A stretch of DNA of 64,000 nt from Lama glama (Eukaryota), in the NCBI GenBank assembly GCA_028534125.1, contig CM052817.1:58592001-58656000 (forward strand). The letters are read 5' to 3'. Positions 51,821 through 64,000 of this stretch are shown in pieces. The translations under genes and the position numbers were made by a program. How positions within the stretch are numbered: position 1 is the stretch's first letter; each line of letters opens with the position of its first letter. The notes beneath the pieces were generated by a model. That model worked only from the letters and a program-made list of their open reading frames with translations. It did no database searches and was not told where the DNA came from.

Positions 51821-54397
51821 ATCTTCTCTCATTTAGTAGGTTGTTTCCCATTTTGATGGTCTCTTGCTGTGCAGAAACTTTTTCGTTCAATGTAGTCCCA
51901 TTGGCTTACTGTTGTTTCCCTTGCCTGAAGAGACCTATCTAGAATAGTATTGCGAAGACTAATGTCAGTGTTCTATGTTTTCTTTTAGGAGTTCCATGGT
52001 TTCTCAGGTCTTAAATTTGAATCTGTAATCCATTATGACTTGATTTGTGTGTATAGTGTGAGACAGTAGTCTAGTTTCTTTTTTTTTTTTTTTTGGCATT
52101 TTGCTGTGCACTTTTCCCAATACTACTTATTGGGAAAGAGATTACCCTTTCTTCACTGTATGTTTATTGTTTGTTAATTGTGTCCATATACAGGTAGGTT
52201 TATTTCTGGGCTCTCAGTTGTGTTCCAGTGATCTGTCTGTTGTCCTGCCAATACTATGCTGTTTTGATTACTGTGACTTTGCAATAGTATGAAATCAGAG
52301 TGTGATACCTCCAGCTTTATTTATTTTTGGGGTTGCTTTGGCTATTTAGGGTTTTCTTTAGTTCCATATAAATTTAGAAGTTTTCTTCTATTTCTGTGAA
52401 ATGTCCTTGGGATTTTGATAGAGACTGAATCGATGTTATAGATAACTTTAGATCATATGGACGTTATAACAATGATAATTCTTCCAATCCATGAGCACAG
52501 ATTATCTTTACATTTGTGTCTTCACTTTCTCTCTTCTTTGGTTAAATTTATTCCTACGTGTATTCTTCTGTGATTTTAAGTGGGATTATTTTCTTTTTCT
52601 TTCTGCTAGCTCATTGTTAGCGTACAGAAATGCAATAGATTTTTGTATGTTTTTGCACCCTGCAACCATACTGTATTCCTTTATTATTCCTAACTGTTTT
52701 TTGATAGTCTTCAGGGTTTTCTATATATAAAATCATGTCACCCACAAACAGTGACAGTTTTATCTCTTCCTTTCTAATTTGGATGTGCTTTATTTCTCTT
52801 ACCTAGTTGCTCTGGCTAGATTCAACACTCTCTTCAATAAGAGTGGCAAGAAGAGGGATCCTTATCTTACTCCTGATTTTAGAAGGACAGCTTTCAGTTT
52901 TTCATTATTGAGTATGTTAGCTGTGAGTTTGTCACGTATTGTCTTTATTATGTTCAAGTACATTCCTTCTATAACTTTACTGAGAATTTCTATTATAAAT
53001 TTGTATTTATTCTTTAACAGTTTTCTGCATCAATTAATGATACGGTTTTTATCCTTTGTTAAGGTTGTTGTGTAGCACATCAGATTTTTCATTTCTTCTG
53101 TTGTTGTAGATATTGAACTGCATCCCCAGAATAAATCCCACTTGATCATGGTGTGTGATCCAATAGTAAAATGTATTATTGTATTTGATTGGCTATGTTT
53201 TGTTCAGGATTTTTTCATCTGTTTATCGGAGATACTGACCTGTACTTTCCTTTTTGTTTGATTTTGGTTATCACTTGGTAAAATGAATTAGAAAAAATTC
53301 CTTCCTTTTCAATTTTATGGAAGAGTTTGAGAAGGATGGGTATTAAATTCTTTGTTTGGTGGAATTCATCTGTGAAGTAGTCTGGTCCTGGACTTTTGTT
53401 TTTTATGAGGGTTTTGATTGCTATTTCAACTTCCATATTAACGATCAGCTTATTCAGATTTGCTTCTTAATGATTCAGTCCTAGTTGTATGATTCTAATA
53501 ATCTGTTTATTCTAATGAACAAATGTCCTTTGTATTTCTGTGATATCTGTTGTCATTCCTCTGGTTTCTGACTTTATCAGAGCCTTCTCTTTCTTAGTCT
53601 AACTAGAGATTTATAAATTGTTAAAGAACCAGCTCTTAGTTTGATATTCTGTATTGTCTTTTTAGTTTCTATCTTATTTCCACTCTGATCTTTATTTCCT
53701 TTCTTTATTCTGATTTTGGACTCCATCTATTATATTTCTAGTACCTTTCGGTGTAAGATTATTTACATGAAATTTTTCTTGTTTTTTGAGGTAGACCTGT
53801 GTTGCTATAAACTTCTTAGTGCCACTTTTGCTACATCACACAGCTTTTGATATGTTGTATTTTCATTTGTCTTCAGGTATTTTTATTTCTCCTTTGATTT
53901 ACTGATTATTGTAATAGTTGTTCTGTAACATGTTATTCAGCCTCCGCATACTTGACTTCTCGGCTTTCTTCTTGAAGTTGGTTTTATGGTTTCATACCAT
54001 TGTGTTTGGAAGAGATGTGTGATATGATTTCAGTAGCCTTAAATTTATTGACCTGTATCTCATTATGTGATCTATCCTTGAGAAAGTTCCATGTGCAGTT
54101 GCAGAATGTGTATTCTGCATTTGGATGGAATGTTTTGTTCAAGTCTAGCAAATCCAATTGGTCTAATGTTTCATTTAAGGTGGCTGTTTCCTTGTTGACT
54201 TGCTGCCTGGATGGTCTGTCCATTGATGTTAGTGGAATGTTTAAAGTCTCATTATGTTGCTATCAGTTTCTCCTTTTAGATCTGTATATGATTGTTAAAC
54301 ATTTTGGTGCTCATATGTTGTGTGGGTATTAATAGTTGTGTTATCTCAATGAATTGTCTACTTTATCAGTATGTATTGTTAATCTTTCTCTCATGGC

Positions 54398-54425
54398 TTT
54401 TTTTTTTTTTTTTTTTTTTTTTTTT
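54398..54425. repeat. T28 mononucleotide tract inside L1 ORF2
   Basis: Read directly. Confidence 0.9.
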
Positions 54426-55895
54426 GCCTTGAAGTCTTTTTTGTCTGAGTATGGCTATACCTGCTTTCTTTTGGCTGCAGTTTGCTGGAAGTATCCTCTT
54501 CAATCCCTTCACCCTGAGCCTATGTTTGTCTTTAGAGTGTGATGAGTCTCCTGGAGGCAGCATATAGTTGGGTCTTGTTCTTGAATCTATCCAGCCACTC
54601 TGAGTTCAGTTCATTTACATTTAGGGTGATTATTGATGAGGACTTAGTACTGCCATTTTATCTGATATTCTGGTAGCTCTATTTCTCCATTTTTAAGAAT
54701 TTTCCCTTGTGTTTCTGTCTGAAATTTTTGATGGTGTTCTGTTTTTCTGTTTTCTTCATTTTGGATCTCTGCTCTAGATTTGTTTTGTGGTTACCATGAG
54801 GTTTGTATAAAATGTCTCATAGATAGAATAGTCCTTTTTCTGCTGATAGTATCTTATCTTTATTTGGCTATGTGTTCCATTCTTTCCCTCTTCTTTTTTC
54901 ATTGTCTTAAATTATCCTTTTTCATGTGAGTTTGTTACCAAATTGTAGTAGCTATATTTTTTTCTGGTTTCCCTTTTAACTTTTATGCTATAATAGTGTT
55001 TAAAAACCTATTCTGAAACAGTTGCAATTTTCTGAGTGTACCTATCATCTTACTCAAAGTTTTGTGTACTTTTGCCTTCATGGTTCTGGTAGAACACCTT
55101 TCAGTGGTTGTTGTTGGCAGTGTAGTGGTGATGAGCTCCCTCAGTCTTGTTTGGGAAGGTCTTTAATTTTTTCACGTCTGAATGATAACTTTGCTGAATA
55201 GTGTTCTTAGCTGACAGTCTTTATCTTTCAGTGTTTTGAGAAGTCACTCCACTCCTTCCTGGCCTTTAGAGGTTCTGCTGAAAAGTTTGATAGCCTAATG
55301 TGGGTACCTTTTTAAGAGACCTTTTTTCCTTCCCTAACAACCTTTAAAATCCTTTGTAATTGACTTCTGAGAATTTGAATATGCATCTTGAAGAAGTTTT
55401 TTGCTTTGAGGTAATTAGTTCTCTCAGCTTCATGGGCTTGTGCATCTAGTTCCTTCTCCAGGTTTGGGAAGTTCTCAGCTATTATTTCTTTAAATAAACT
55501 CTGCTTTCCTCCTCCTCCTGGAATACGCCTTATCCTGATCTTTGCCCTAATAGTTAGTGCTCATAAAATTTCCTCACTTAAAAAATACCTTAATTCTTTC
55601 CTCTTCAACTTGTATTACTTCTAGATTTCTATGTTCGAGTTTGCCAGTTCTTTCTTCTATATCACTCTATTTCCAGTGCTTTTTAATGCATTCGTCTCAT
55701 TTATTGAACTCTTCAGCTCCAGAATTTGTTTTTTAAGAGTTTCAGTCTTTTTGATAGTATATTCCTTCTTTCATTAATTTTTATCTCTGAGCTCACTGAA
55801 CTGCCTTTCTGATTTTTTTCTTGTAGTTAACTGAGTACAAGTTCTGCAGAAGGGTTGGGCCTCCCTTTGACTATTCTATAAATAACTAGGCATGG

Positions 55896-56264
55896 TGTTT
55901 CAGGCCAATAGAGATTCCATAACAAGACACCATAGACTGGGTAGCTAAAACCATAGAAATTTATTTTATAGTAGTCCTGGAGGCTAGAAATTAAAGATCA
56001 AGTTTCCAGCACTGTTGGGTTCTCATGAGCATTCTAGCTATGTGTTCACATGGCCTTTGCTGAGTGCATGTACATGAAAATGGAGAGATGGAGAAAGGGG
56101 TGCAAGTTTCCTTAGAAGGGCACTAATCTTTCATGAGGACCTTGCCCTCATGACCTCATCTAAACTCAGTGTCTCCTGAAGACCCCCCCCCATCTCCAAA
56201 TACCATCAGATTGGGTGTTAGGGCTTTACAGCATAAATCTGAGAGACATCATTTAGTCATAGCA
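55896..56264 (-). mobile_element. MLT1A-like MaLR solo LTR
   Basis: caccatagactgggtagc...ggaggctagaaattaaagatcaag...ccatctccaaataccatcagattggg...atagCA. Confidence 0.75.
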
Positions 56265-57435
56265 CATACTGTTAATGCTCATGCCTGTTCAATGTTAGCA
56301 AGTGAAATTGTGGACAAAGTGTTCTTTTATAGTTCCTTTCAAACATTAAATGCACATTTCAAACATTCTTTCTCTACTCTGATTTCAGAGATACTACCTT
56401 GATTCAGATTCTCTCACCAATTGATGGATCAGATGGGTCAGTAGACTTTACAAAGCACTAATATATTTAGAAACTCAGTCTTGATGTTAGTTTATATATT
56501 GATGTTTGAGCAAATTATCTACATTAACTGTTTCTAACATGAGTGTATTTTTGTCACACTTTTACCTTACCCTTTTCTGTTTTCTTTAAAAAGAAAACAA
56601 GTGGTTTGTACTCTTGGGAACAATTTCAAGATGTCTGAATTTATTGTCCCTGAAATTTGCATCACATTGGTGAGATTTCCTGAATTTTTTTTAACAGATG
56701 ATCATTTGCACACTTCGTGATGTCCAAGAGGATATTAAATATTAGAATATCAAAGTGTCCTAGGACTGTATATGTGGCGGGGCAAGTAATTGGAAAAAAA
56801 CAAGTGATATACTCTTTGGGCAGAAGGTTTTGGTATGAAAAACAGGAATGGACTAGGTCATACATGGGATACTTACTCCCAACTGCTTTATAATAGAAGA
56901 AAATCTCTACATTGCTATGAGGTAATGTGAAGGGCACTGGCTAACCTTACCTATGTGACATGGGCTACATCAATAGTATTTTTTATTTTTATAATAAATT
57001 ATAGCTTGTATTGGTCTCATAGAAATGTGTTCACAAAATTGGAACAACCCAAACAACACTTTAAGACCACTGTCCCGTCAAATGAGTTCTTTAAAATGTT
57101 TTTAATTTCTTCTTTTTCCTCACCTGAGCTTGCTGAGGACTTAGTGATTTTAGTTCTTTTACTTGTTTTTTTGTTTTTTGAAACATTTTTCTTTCAAAAG
57201 AATTATTTGCGACTTTGCAAATTCCTAGTCACAATATTACCTATTTGGTTTAAATCATGTATAGTAAAAGATTTTATTATATATCACTGTTTACAATCTT
57301 CATCTTTCACCATGTTATGGTCTCTTATTTATGGCTTGATTACAATCCTTTCCCAAGTGTTTCCTTCAGATAGGATACTAATGATATAGTCTCTAGATCT
57401 TTGAATATCTCTTTACCTTGAAAGATAAAAGATAC

Positions 57436-57809
57436 TGTTATGGATTGAATTGTGTCACCCCAAATTCATATGTTGAAGTCCTAACCCACAATGTGATTGT
57501 ATTTGGAGTAGGCTTTTAGGAGGTAATTAGAGTTAAATGAATTCATAAGGGCAGAGCCTTAATTCAACAGGATAGTGGCCTTATAAGGAAAAAAACCAGA
57601 AATCTGTCTCCATGTACCAGCACTGAAGAAAAGCCATGTGAGCATCTATCAAGAAGGCAGCTATCTGCAAGCCAGGAAGAGTTCTTACTAGAGCCTACCC
57701 ATGCTAGTACCCTGATCTTGGATTTTTCAGCCTCCAGAACTGTGAGAAAACTAATTTCTGCTTTTTAAGCCACCCAGTCTGTTTTATTATGGCACCCTCA
57801 GCTAAGATA
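57436..57809 (+). mobile_element. MLT1A-like MaLR solo LTR
   Basis: TGTTATGGATTGAATTGTGTCACCCCAAATTCATATGTTGAAGTCCTAACCC; perfect 5-bp TSD GATAC at 57431-57435 and 57810-57814. Confidence 0.88.
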
Positions 57810-59560
57810 GATACTGTGTCTAACCATGATATTGCTAGGTCTTGGTGCTTTTTCCTTAGTAAATAACTTTTCATCATTTTATATTCTAGTGCTGCATATA
57901 GCATTTTTCTATAGTATACCTATATGTGTGGCATTTTTCTTAATTCTGACTGGTATTCAGTAATCCTATTCAACTCATCGAGTCTTCCTTCAAATTATAG
58001 ACTTTGTTCCTCTTGAAACCAGTTTCTGTATTTGGTTTTTATATGTCAAGACTGTCTTTTTCTTAGTACTGAACTGTTTTGTCTTTAGCTGAGATTCCTT
58101 CCACTGATGCTCTAATCCACTAATCTGATCGTCAACAATGATTATACTCCTAGTAAATATTTAAATTCAGATGCTTTAATTCTGTTAAATTAGTATTCTG
58201 GTCATTTGTCTTCGGTGCCATACGGCATTTCTGTTGGACATGAAGTGGACGGTCTTTTGTGTTTTGCTTGTTAATCCATCCTAGGGTCTTTGACCCTAAG
58301 ATCCACTGTTACTTTCTTTGGCTTAATTCCTCTATTCATCCTCAGTACCAAGGTAAATTTGAAAAATTTCACCCACAAACGGTCAAAGATCCAAGGATCT
58401 GCTTCTGTTGACTGGTGACAACACAACAAATTTGAAGGATATTAGTCATCGTTTTTTTTTTTTTTTCTGTCACTCTCGGCTCTCCTCAGTTACAAATGTT
58501 GGGACACAACTAGCCAGTCTGGGTAACTGTGCTTTAGTTTTCCCAGCCAAAAATACTCTGCAGATGCTCCTAGGATAAGAAATCAGGAAAGTATCATTTT
58601 TATCACAAGGTTGGATACTTCCCATCACTGCTGTTCTCTCTAGAATCTTTGATTTCTCATCCTCAGCCGAGGCATATTGGCTGCTAGTCTAACTGGCTGC
58701 AGTTAAGCCCAGAAGAGAACAGTCTTGCACCTGCTCTTTTCTCTCAACACCCATCAGAGCCTGAACTCTTCCTCTGTGAGCCCTGCCTTCCTGCCCCAGC
58801 CTCTGCTTCAGCTAAGGAGACGTTAGCATCAATTTGGGAGAATATTGTGTCCAAAAGTTAGAAACTTTCTTCTCTTGAGACTTTGTTCATGCATCCTCCA
58901 ATATGCAAACTCAAAATGGTAACTGTCTTATGTAATCCCCCCTCTGCACTTTACCTCTTAGTGAGAATTCACTGGCAGCCACATTACATGAGGCCCAAAG
59001 CATATAAGAGATTTGATAAACTTTATATTAGGTTAGAAGATAAGAAATAGAGCAGAGGAGGAATTTCTTCAATTCATCTTCCTGTGACCTTACCTATCCT
59101 TACTTGAAGAGAAGAGTGAAGCTCTGTAGTGATGGTAAAAATCAGGATACAAGTGTCTAGACTCATTGCCTATGGGACTTGATTTAGCAATTTTTTTTCT
59201 TGTCTCAATTTTCAATTCTCAAAATATTAAAGATAGAGATATTATTCATCCAAAGTGAACTTGGTAAATTATAAAACTTTTTGTATAGAATATGATTATA
59301 ATATTTACATGGCTATATATGTAAAATTAAGTGGTGGGAACTATATGTGGTATGATAGGATATAAAAATAACTGCATAGAAAGTATAATATAATGCCTTT
59401 AAGTAATATGAGTGTTCCATTTCTGTTATGTAATTTGATCTTCAGTTTTAATAACAAATATCAAATTTTCTTTTTCTGATTATAAAACATATATCTTTGG
59501 AAAATGAATAATTTGGAGAGAGTCTAATGGTTTTCATCCTGTGATCTTTGTGGGTTGGAA

Positions 59561-59959
59561 TGTCTTAATCTGCTCAACCTGGTGTAATAATCATAAACTG
59601 ATTAGCTTAAGTAAAAGACATTCATTATGGTTCTGGAAGCTGAAAGTCCAAGGTCAAGGTGCTATAGAGATTTAGGATCAGGTGAGGGCTTTCTTCCTGG
59701 CTTGGAGATGGCTTCTCCATTATGTCTTCACAAGCCTCTTTGGTGCTGGCACAGAAAGCAAGGGGTAGGGGTAGGGGAGGGCAAAGAGGTCTTGTGACTC
59801 TTCCTCTTTTTGTTTGAGCACTAACCTCATCATGAGGAACCCAGGTTATGACATAACCTAAACCTAACAAATCCCCAAAGTCCTTAGCCTCAAATACATA
59901 ACACTGGGGGTCAGAACTTCAACATAAATTTGGGGGACAGAAATATTCAGTTTGTAACA
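59561..59959 (-). mobile_element. MLT1A-like MaLR solo LTR
   Basis: TGTCTTAATCTGCTC...gttctggaagctgaaagtccaaggtcaagg...cttcaacataaatttgggggacagaaatattcagtttgtaaCA. Confidence 0.8.
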
Positions 59960-62391
59960 GAGAAATAAGGGTCTTGTGGAATTGAACCCCTTTACTACAA
60001 CCACTTAATAATAGCAGTTAGGATTTTACTGTGTTTAAATATCATAATTATGTTCTAGTTAACAAAGTCATATCTGAGAATAAAAATCAAACAAACCAGT
60101 GACACGGACAAGATGACTGCTGAGGGCTACTATGAACTATTAGATCAGTAGGAAATGAGATGAAAAGCTGTGACACACTTTGAGAATTTTCAGCATGTTG
60201 GCTGGACAGTATATTAATTAATTGAAGGTATGAAAAAGAACCAACATTCAGTCAGAGAAAAGTTTTTCTTTGACATAAATAATATTTGGATATGTATTTA
60301 AATATGTGTGTTTATTTGTAGAATGTATTTAACTTTTTAATATTAGAAATACCTCTCCCACTACACTCAGATTTTGGAAGTTTATAAATTTACCTTATTA
60401 TATTTAATGCATAGGTATAGGTTTAGAACAAAAGTCTAAACATGGTTAAAAGTAAGGATAATTAATAATAAAAGATACTTAATTGCATTTAAAATAATTA
60501 TGTATTTTAGGTTAAACTTAAACTATATTACTTAACAATGCAAAGCAGAGAAGTATTTTTTCTCACTTAATAAGTTTTAGATTATTACCTGTTTAGTGAA
60601 GGTCATGTTGAAGAATGCCGTGTAAATTTTATTGATAGTATGAAACTGAAGAACATTGTAAATATTACCTTGTACCAAAAATAAATCTGAGAGATTTATC
60701 ATAAACATTCATGGTGAAATGTAGCCTTGTGTTTTAGGGGGGCACATAGTTTCTTGTAAATGATTATTAATCTCGTAAATGGTTTCAGAAATCTTACAAA
60801 TGATTTTATATTATGGCTGAGAAATGTGCCCCATATGATACCAAAAATTGAAGAAAGTGTTTTTGGTATCTTTATGGATTGATTCAAAGTATTTTTAAGT
60901 AAGTTGAAGATAACTTACAAATGAAGAAAGGTTAGATGGACCTGACTGTGAGGAGTGAAATTTAATTGTCCTAATTAGAAACAGTATATCATGCTATGAA
61001 TTTACTGTTTTGCCAGTAATTCAGATGTCTGTTACTCCACCAAATATTAAAAGAAGTCCTGTGTATAATCATGTTAGAAAAGTGAATTATCTGTAATTTA
61101 TGAGTTGAAATTTCTGTATCTTCTACCATTTCAGACTCTTTCCTTTGGAAACTTCTATTCATTTTCTAGCTTATTGGAACCAAAGGAATCAAATGTTTCC
61201 TTGATACAATGTTTCTTTAAAAACATACCTTTCTTCTAAAAAGACCAGTTTAAGTGCCTTTAAATACAAAGGTTTCTGGGCAGAAAAGTTCATTAGCTTT
61301 GTCTAAAAGAATAAACATATGCTTTAATACAGCCCTCATTAAAACAAAGAAATATACAAAACAAAAACGTCTAATGTTTGACTTCATAGTCTTCCTCCAT
61401 TTGCCAACATAACATTTAATACTTGTAAGAAGGCAGTGAAAGCTATTGCTTACCTTAACTCCCATGTGTTTCTAGGCTAATCAGTAAGGGAGTACATTGA
61501 CTGTGGAGTATTTAAAACAATTATAAAACTGACTAAAAGTCATCTATATTTACTATTACCATATGCCAACAATTCTGAAAGTGTCAGTAATATGACTACT
61601 CCCTGAAAATATACATGGACCTGAATTCTAATTTAGTAACTCCAGGTTATTTTTTAAAATGAGTTTTACATTTTACACACATAAAATCTTCAATTATTAT
61701 GTTTTTATTACTCATGCTTGAATAAACATTGTATTTTTAAATGAAAGGTAACTGAAAGAATTTTCAGTTAGAGAAACAGACCAAGATTAACAGTTCAGAA
61801 CCACCCACCAAACTTTAAGCTTAGTTTCTTTTTTTAATACCTGTGGTACTATGTATTAACGTAGTCAACAGTAAATTCACAATGAGCGATGAGCATAGTT
61901 ACTGTAAAGATGAAAGAATGGAACTCAGTTACTTCATTTCTGACATTTGATGTAACCATTTGGAAAATTTTTTAATTTCAAACCTAAACAAAGAATGAGA
62001 ACTGTGAGGTATATATTTTAGGGGGAAGTACTTAGAAACTTTAGTTAATACATTAAATATTTCACTGAATTTTAATAGCTTCAATTCTGAACTTTTTGAA
62101 AATTGGTGCATTTTATTATAATTTTTTATTAGCATTAGTTTTCAAACATTAAATCAGAGCATGTTTAGTAGCTGTCTAACTTGTATCTTTTGGAGATTCT
62201 TATTAAACAAATACTGTTTCTTAAAACTTTTAAACATGTTTTTACAAAATTCAGTACAACAAAGTATTAACTAGCTGCATTTTTTCTGGTCACTACTAAT
62301 ACTTTTTTATATCATGATTATTACATGAAGTCAGTTTTTCTTAGAGAAGAGTTTTTTTTAAATAATGTATTCCAAGTATCCAGTATAGGAG

Positions 62392-62766
62392 TGTTGACCT
62401 AAAACAGATGGCCAGTTATTTCTTCAGCAAAAATGTGTCTATTTGTGTCCAACAGAAATTTGGAATTTGAGGTTTACAATCAAGGCAAGCCAAGTGCAGG
62501 TCTCCTCACAGCATGGAAAGGAGAACTCTTTAAAGAAGGGGTGGGAGAATGTTAAGAGGGCTATATAGTAAACAGTCCATTGTAAGAATTGAAAGTTTGA
62601 AGTTCAGCGGCTTTTCATTGGCTAAATTGTGACAGTCTCTCATTGGCTGAGCTCTTCTAGGAGAAAAGAGTTGTTGGGCTCTGCTATGGTTGCAGGGCAT
62701 GAAAGCTCCCCCTTCTGGCTTCACAATTCTATTTCAATTGAGCTTTCTTATTGATTGATTTTTATT
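62392..62766 (-). mobile_element. ERV1-type solo LTR (LTR39-like)
   Basis: TGTTGACCTAAAACAGATGGCCAGTTATTTCTTCAGCAAAA; two ATTGG (CCAAT) boxes; gaaagctcccccttctgg; imperfect 4-bp TSD GGAG/GTAG. Confidence 0.6.
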
Positions 62767-64000
62767 GTAGGTACATTACTGAGTTCAGCACTTCTTCCTC
62801 CTAGGTAAAGACCAACTTAAAAGCCAGATCACTTAAAAATTTTAAATAAAAATTAGACCTTTTTTGTTATTAAACCTTTGTCCTTGTTCAAAGCAAATAC
62901 TGAAAATTCCATTACTTGAGTGTAAGTAAACATAGAAACAATCATTTTTCTCCAGTCTTAAAATGTCATTTGCTTTATTTAAATGTAAGCCAAGCTCTCA
63001 TCTCATTTGTTAACATTTAAATAGCAAAGTATGGGGCTTCATGAAGGCCAGTGTAGAACTGATGGATTTTGAAAAATGGATGGTAATTGAAGAACTGAAA
63101 GTGTAGCATTATATGTAATCAGGTTACTATGCAGAGTAAAAAAGGGAGGGGGACGAAAAATAAGACTAAGAAATACATATGGCTAAATAGCACTTTATCA
63201 AGAATCTGCAGAGAATAATTTTGATTTGGTTTAAAAACATACTCAACTCAAATTGAATAAAATTGTATGCTCTTAAACCTTTAATAACAGAATAATTCCT
63301 CCTTGATAAGAGAAACATTCTTTATGCATGAAAATCATATCCTGATTTCATCTTAAAAGTAATTCCCACTTGCTCTACATTCTATTATAATTTATGGTAT
63401 TATTTCATGCCAGTCATTTGAAGATAGAATATTACAGGCCCATGGATAATTTACATGAGAACAGACAGCTGTAAGTACTTTCAAATCCTTTCTTTCTCAT
63501 ATTTAGCAAACATTAGGAACAGAAAAGAAAGAGATTAGGTATACTTAAACATTATTAAAGTGTCAGGCTACTTTCCCTTTTTCAGGCAAATTAATTGCAT
63601 ATATCCCAGAAAAGGCTTATCTCAGCAGTAATTACTCTCCTGGTCAGGTCTGAGACAGATGTACAGTGTGAATATGACAATACTCTCTGCTACATAATGG
63701 CTATTAGCCTCCAGATTCTTACACCCTCCAGTACCCTGCCAAAAAAGATACAATCTTTAATATTCTGCTGCACTTGCCTTGGCAATCCTACGTATTTGTT
63801 TAAGTCTTTATCACGAGGTGTTGTCATATTGCAGTTTGGTAATGGCTGTGGGGAAATAATTGTGGTTTAATTTAAAGGCCAGTATGAAGGTGTGTTAACT
63901 TAAAGCCATATATATTTTAAAAGGAACCTGCAGCCATATTATAGCAAAATTAGGCATGTAGCTGAAAAGTATACGTGTTGGGCATTTTAGACTTCTTAAA

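Larger units (their letters stand above)
50845..55836 (-). mobile_element. About 5 kb degenerate LINE-1 (3'UTR, ORF2, ORF1 region)
   Basis: Minus-strand ORF2 remnants in the ORF track: endonuclease (KDKHRLRVKG...QKKAGIAIL; DRPSRQQVNKET...LDLLDL), Z/RT region (KSPGPDYFTDEF), C-terminus (LNRHFSKDNIQVANR...HCWWKCKLVQP); many stops and frameshifts. Confidence 0.92.
1..64000 (+). other. CCSER1: Window lies inside a very large gene (flanking introns of >48 kb and >15 kb)
   Basis: A single internal exon with no other convincing coding exon in 64 kb; consistent with the known very long introns of CCSER1. Confidence 0.75.

Noticed and set aside
51436..54563. Minus-strand ORFs similar to endonuclease/reverse transcriptase
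   Set aside because: Fragments of a dead L1 ORF2 broken by stops, frameshifts and a T28 tract; not an active or domesticated gene.
56955..57389. 144-aa hydrophobic ORF (also 30389..30736 and 40149..40550)
   Set aside because: F/L/I-rich translation of T-rich, old repeat-derived DNA; no splice or homology support.

Overview
AT-rich mammalian genomic DNA, most likely camelid (two Vic-1-type tRNA-derived SINEs, plus cetartiodactyl-type L1 3' ends and a Tigger element). It is almost entirely intronic and holds one clear coding exon: 48499-48582, + strand, 84 nt, phase 0-0, DIMKDECSLLKLQLKEKDELISQLQEEL. From memory I recognise this as a coiled-coil exon of the giant gene CCSER1 (FAM190A). The rest is layered transposon debris (L1, L2, MIR, MLT1/MaLR, ERV1/ERVL solo LTRs, Tigger), several with readable target-site duplications (TSDs). 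The most interesting signal is a pair of sense-oriented solo LTRs upstream of the exon that look like internal promoters. One is an old LTR16A-like element that has kept a dense CpG cluster with CCAAT, GC-box, BANP-like and E2F-like motifs and a splice donor. The other is a young CpG-rich LTR whose ATG and donor would splice in frame onto the exon. Repeat family names are from recall, not from a search, and boundaries without TSDs are approximate.
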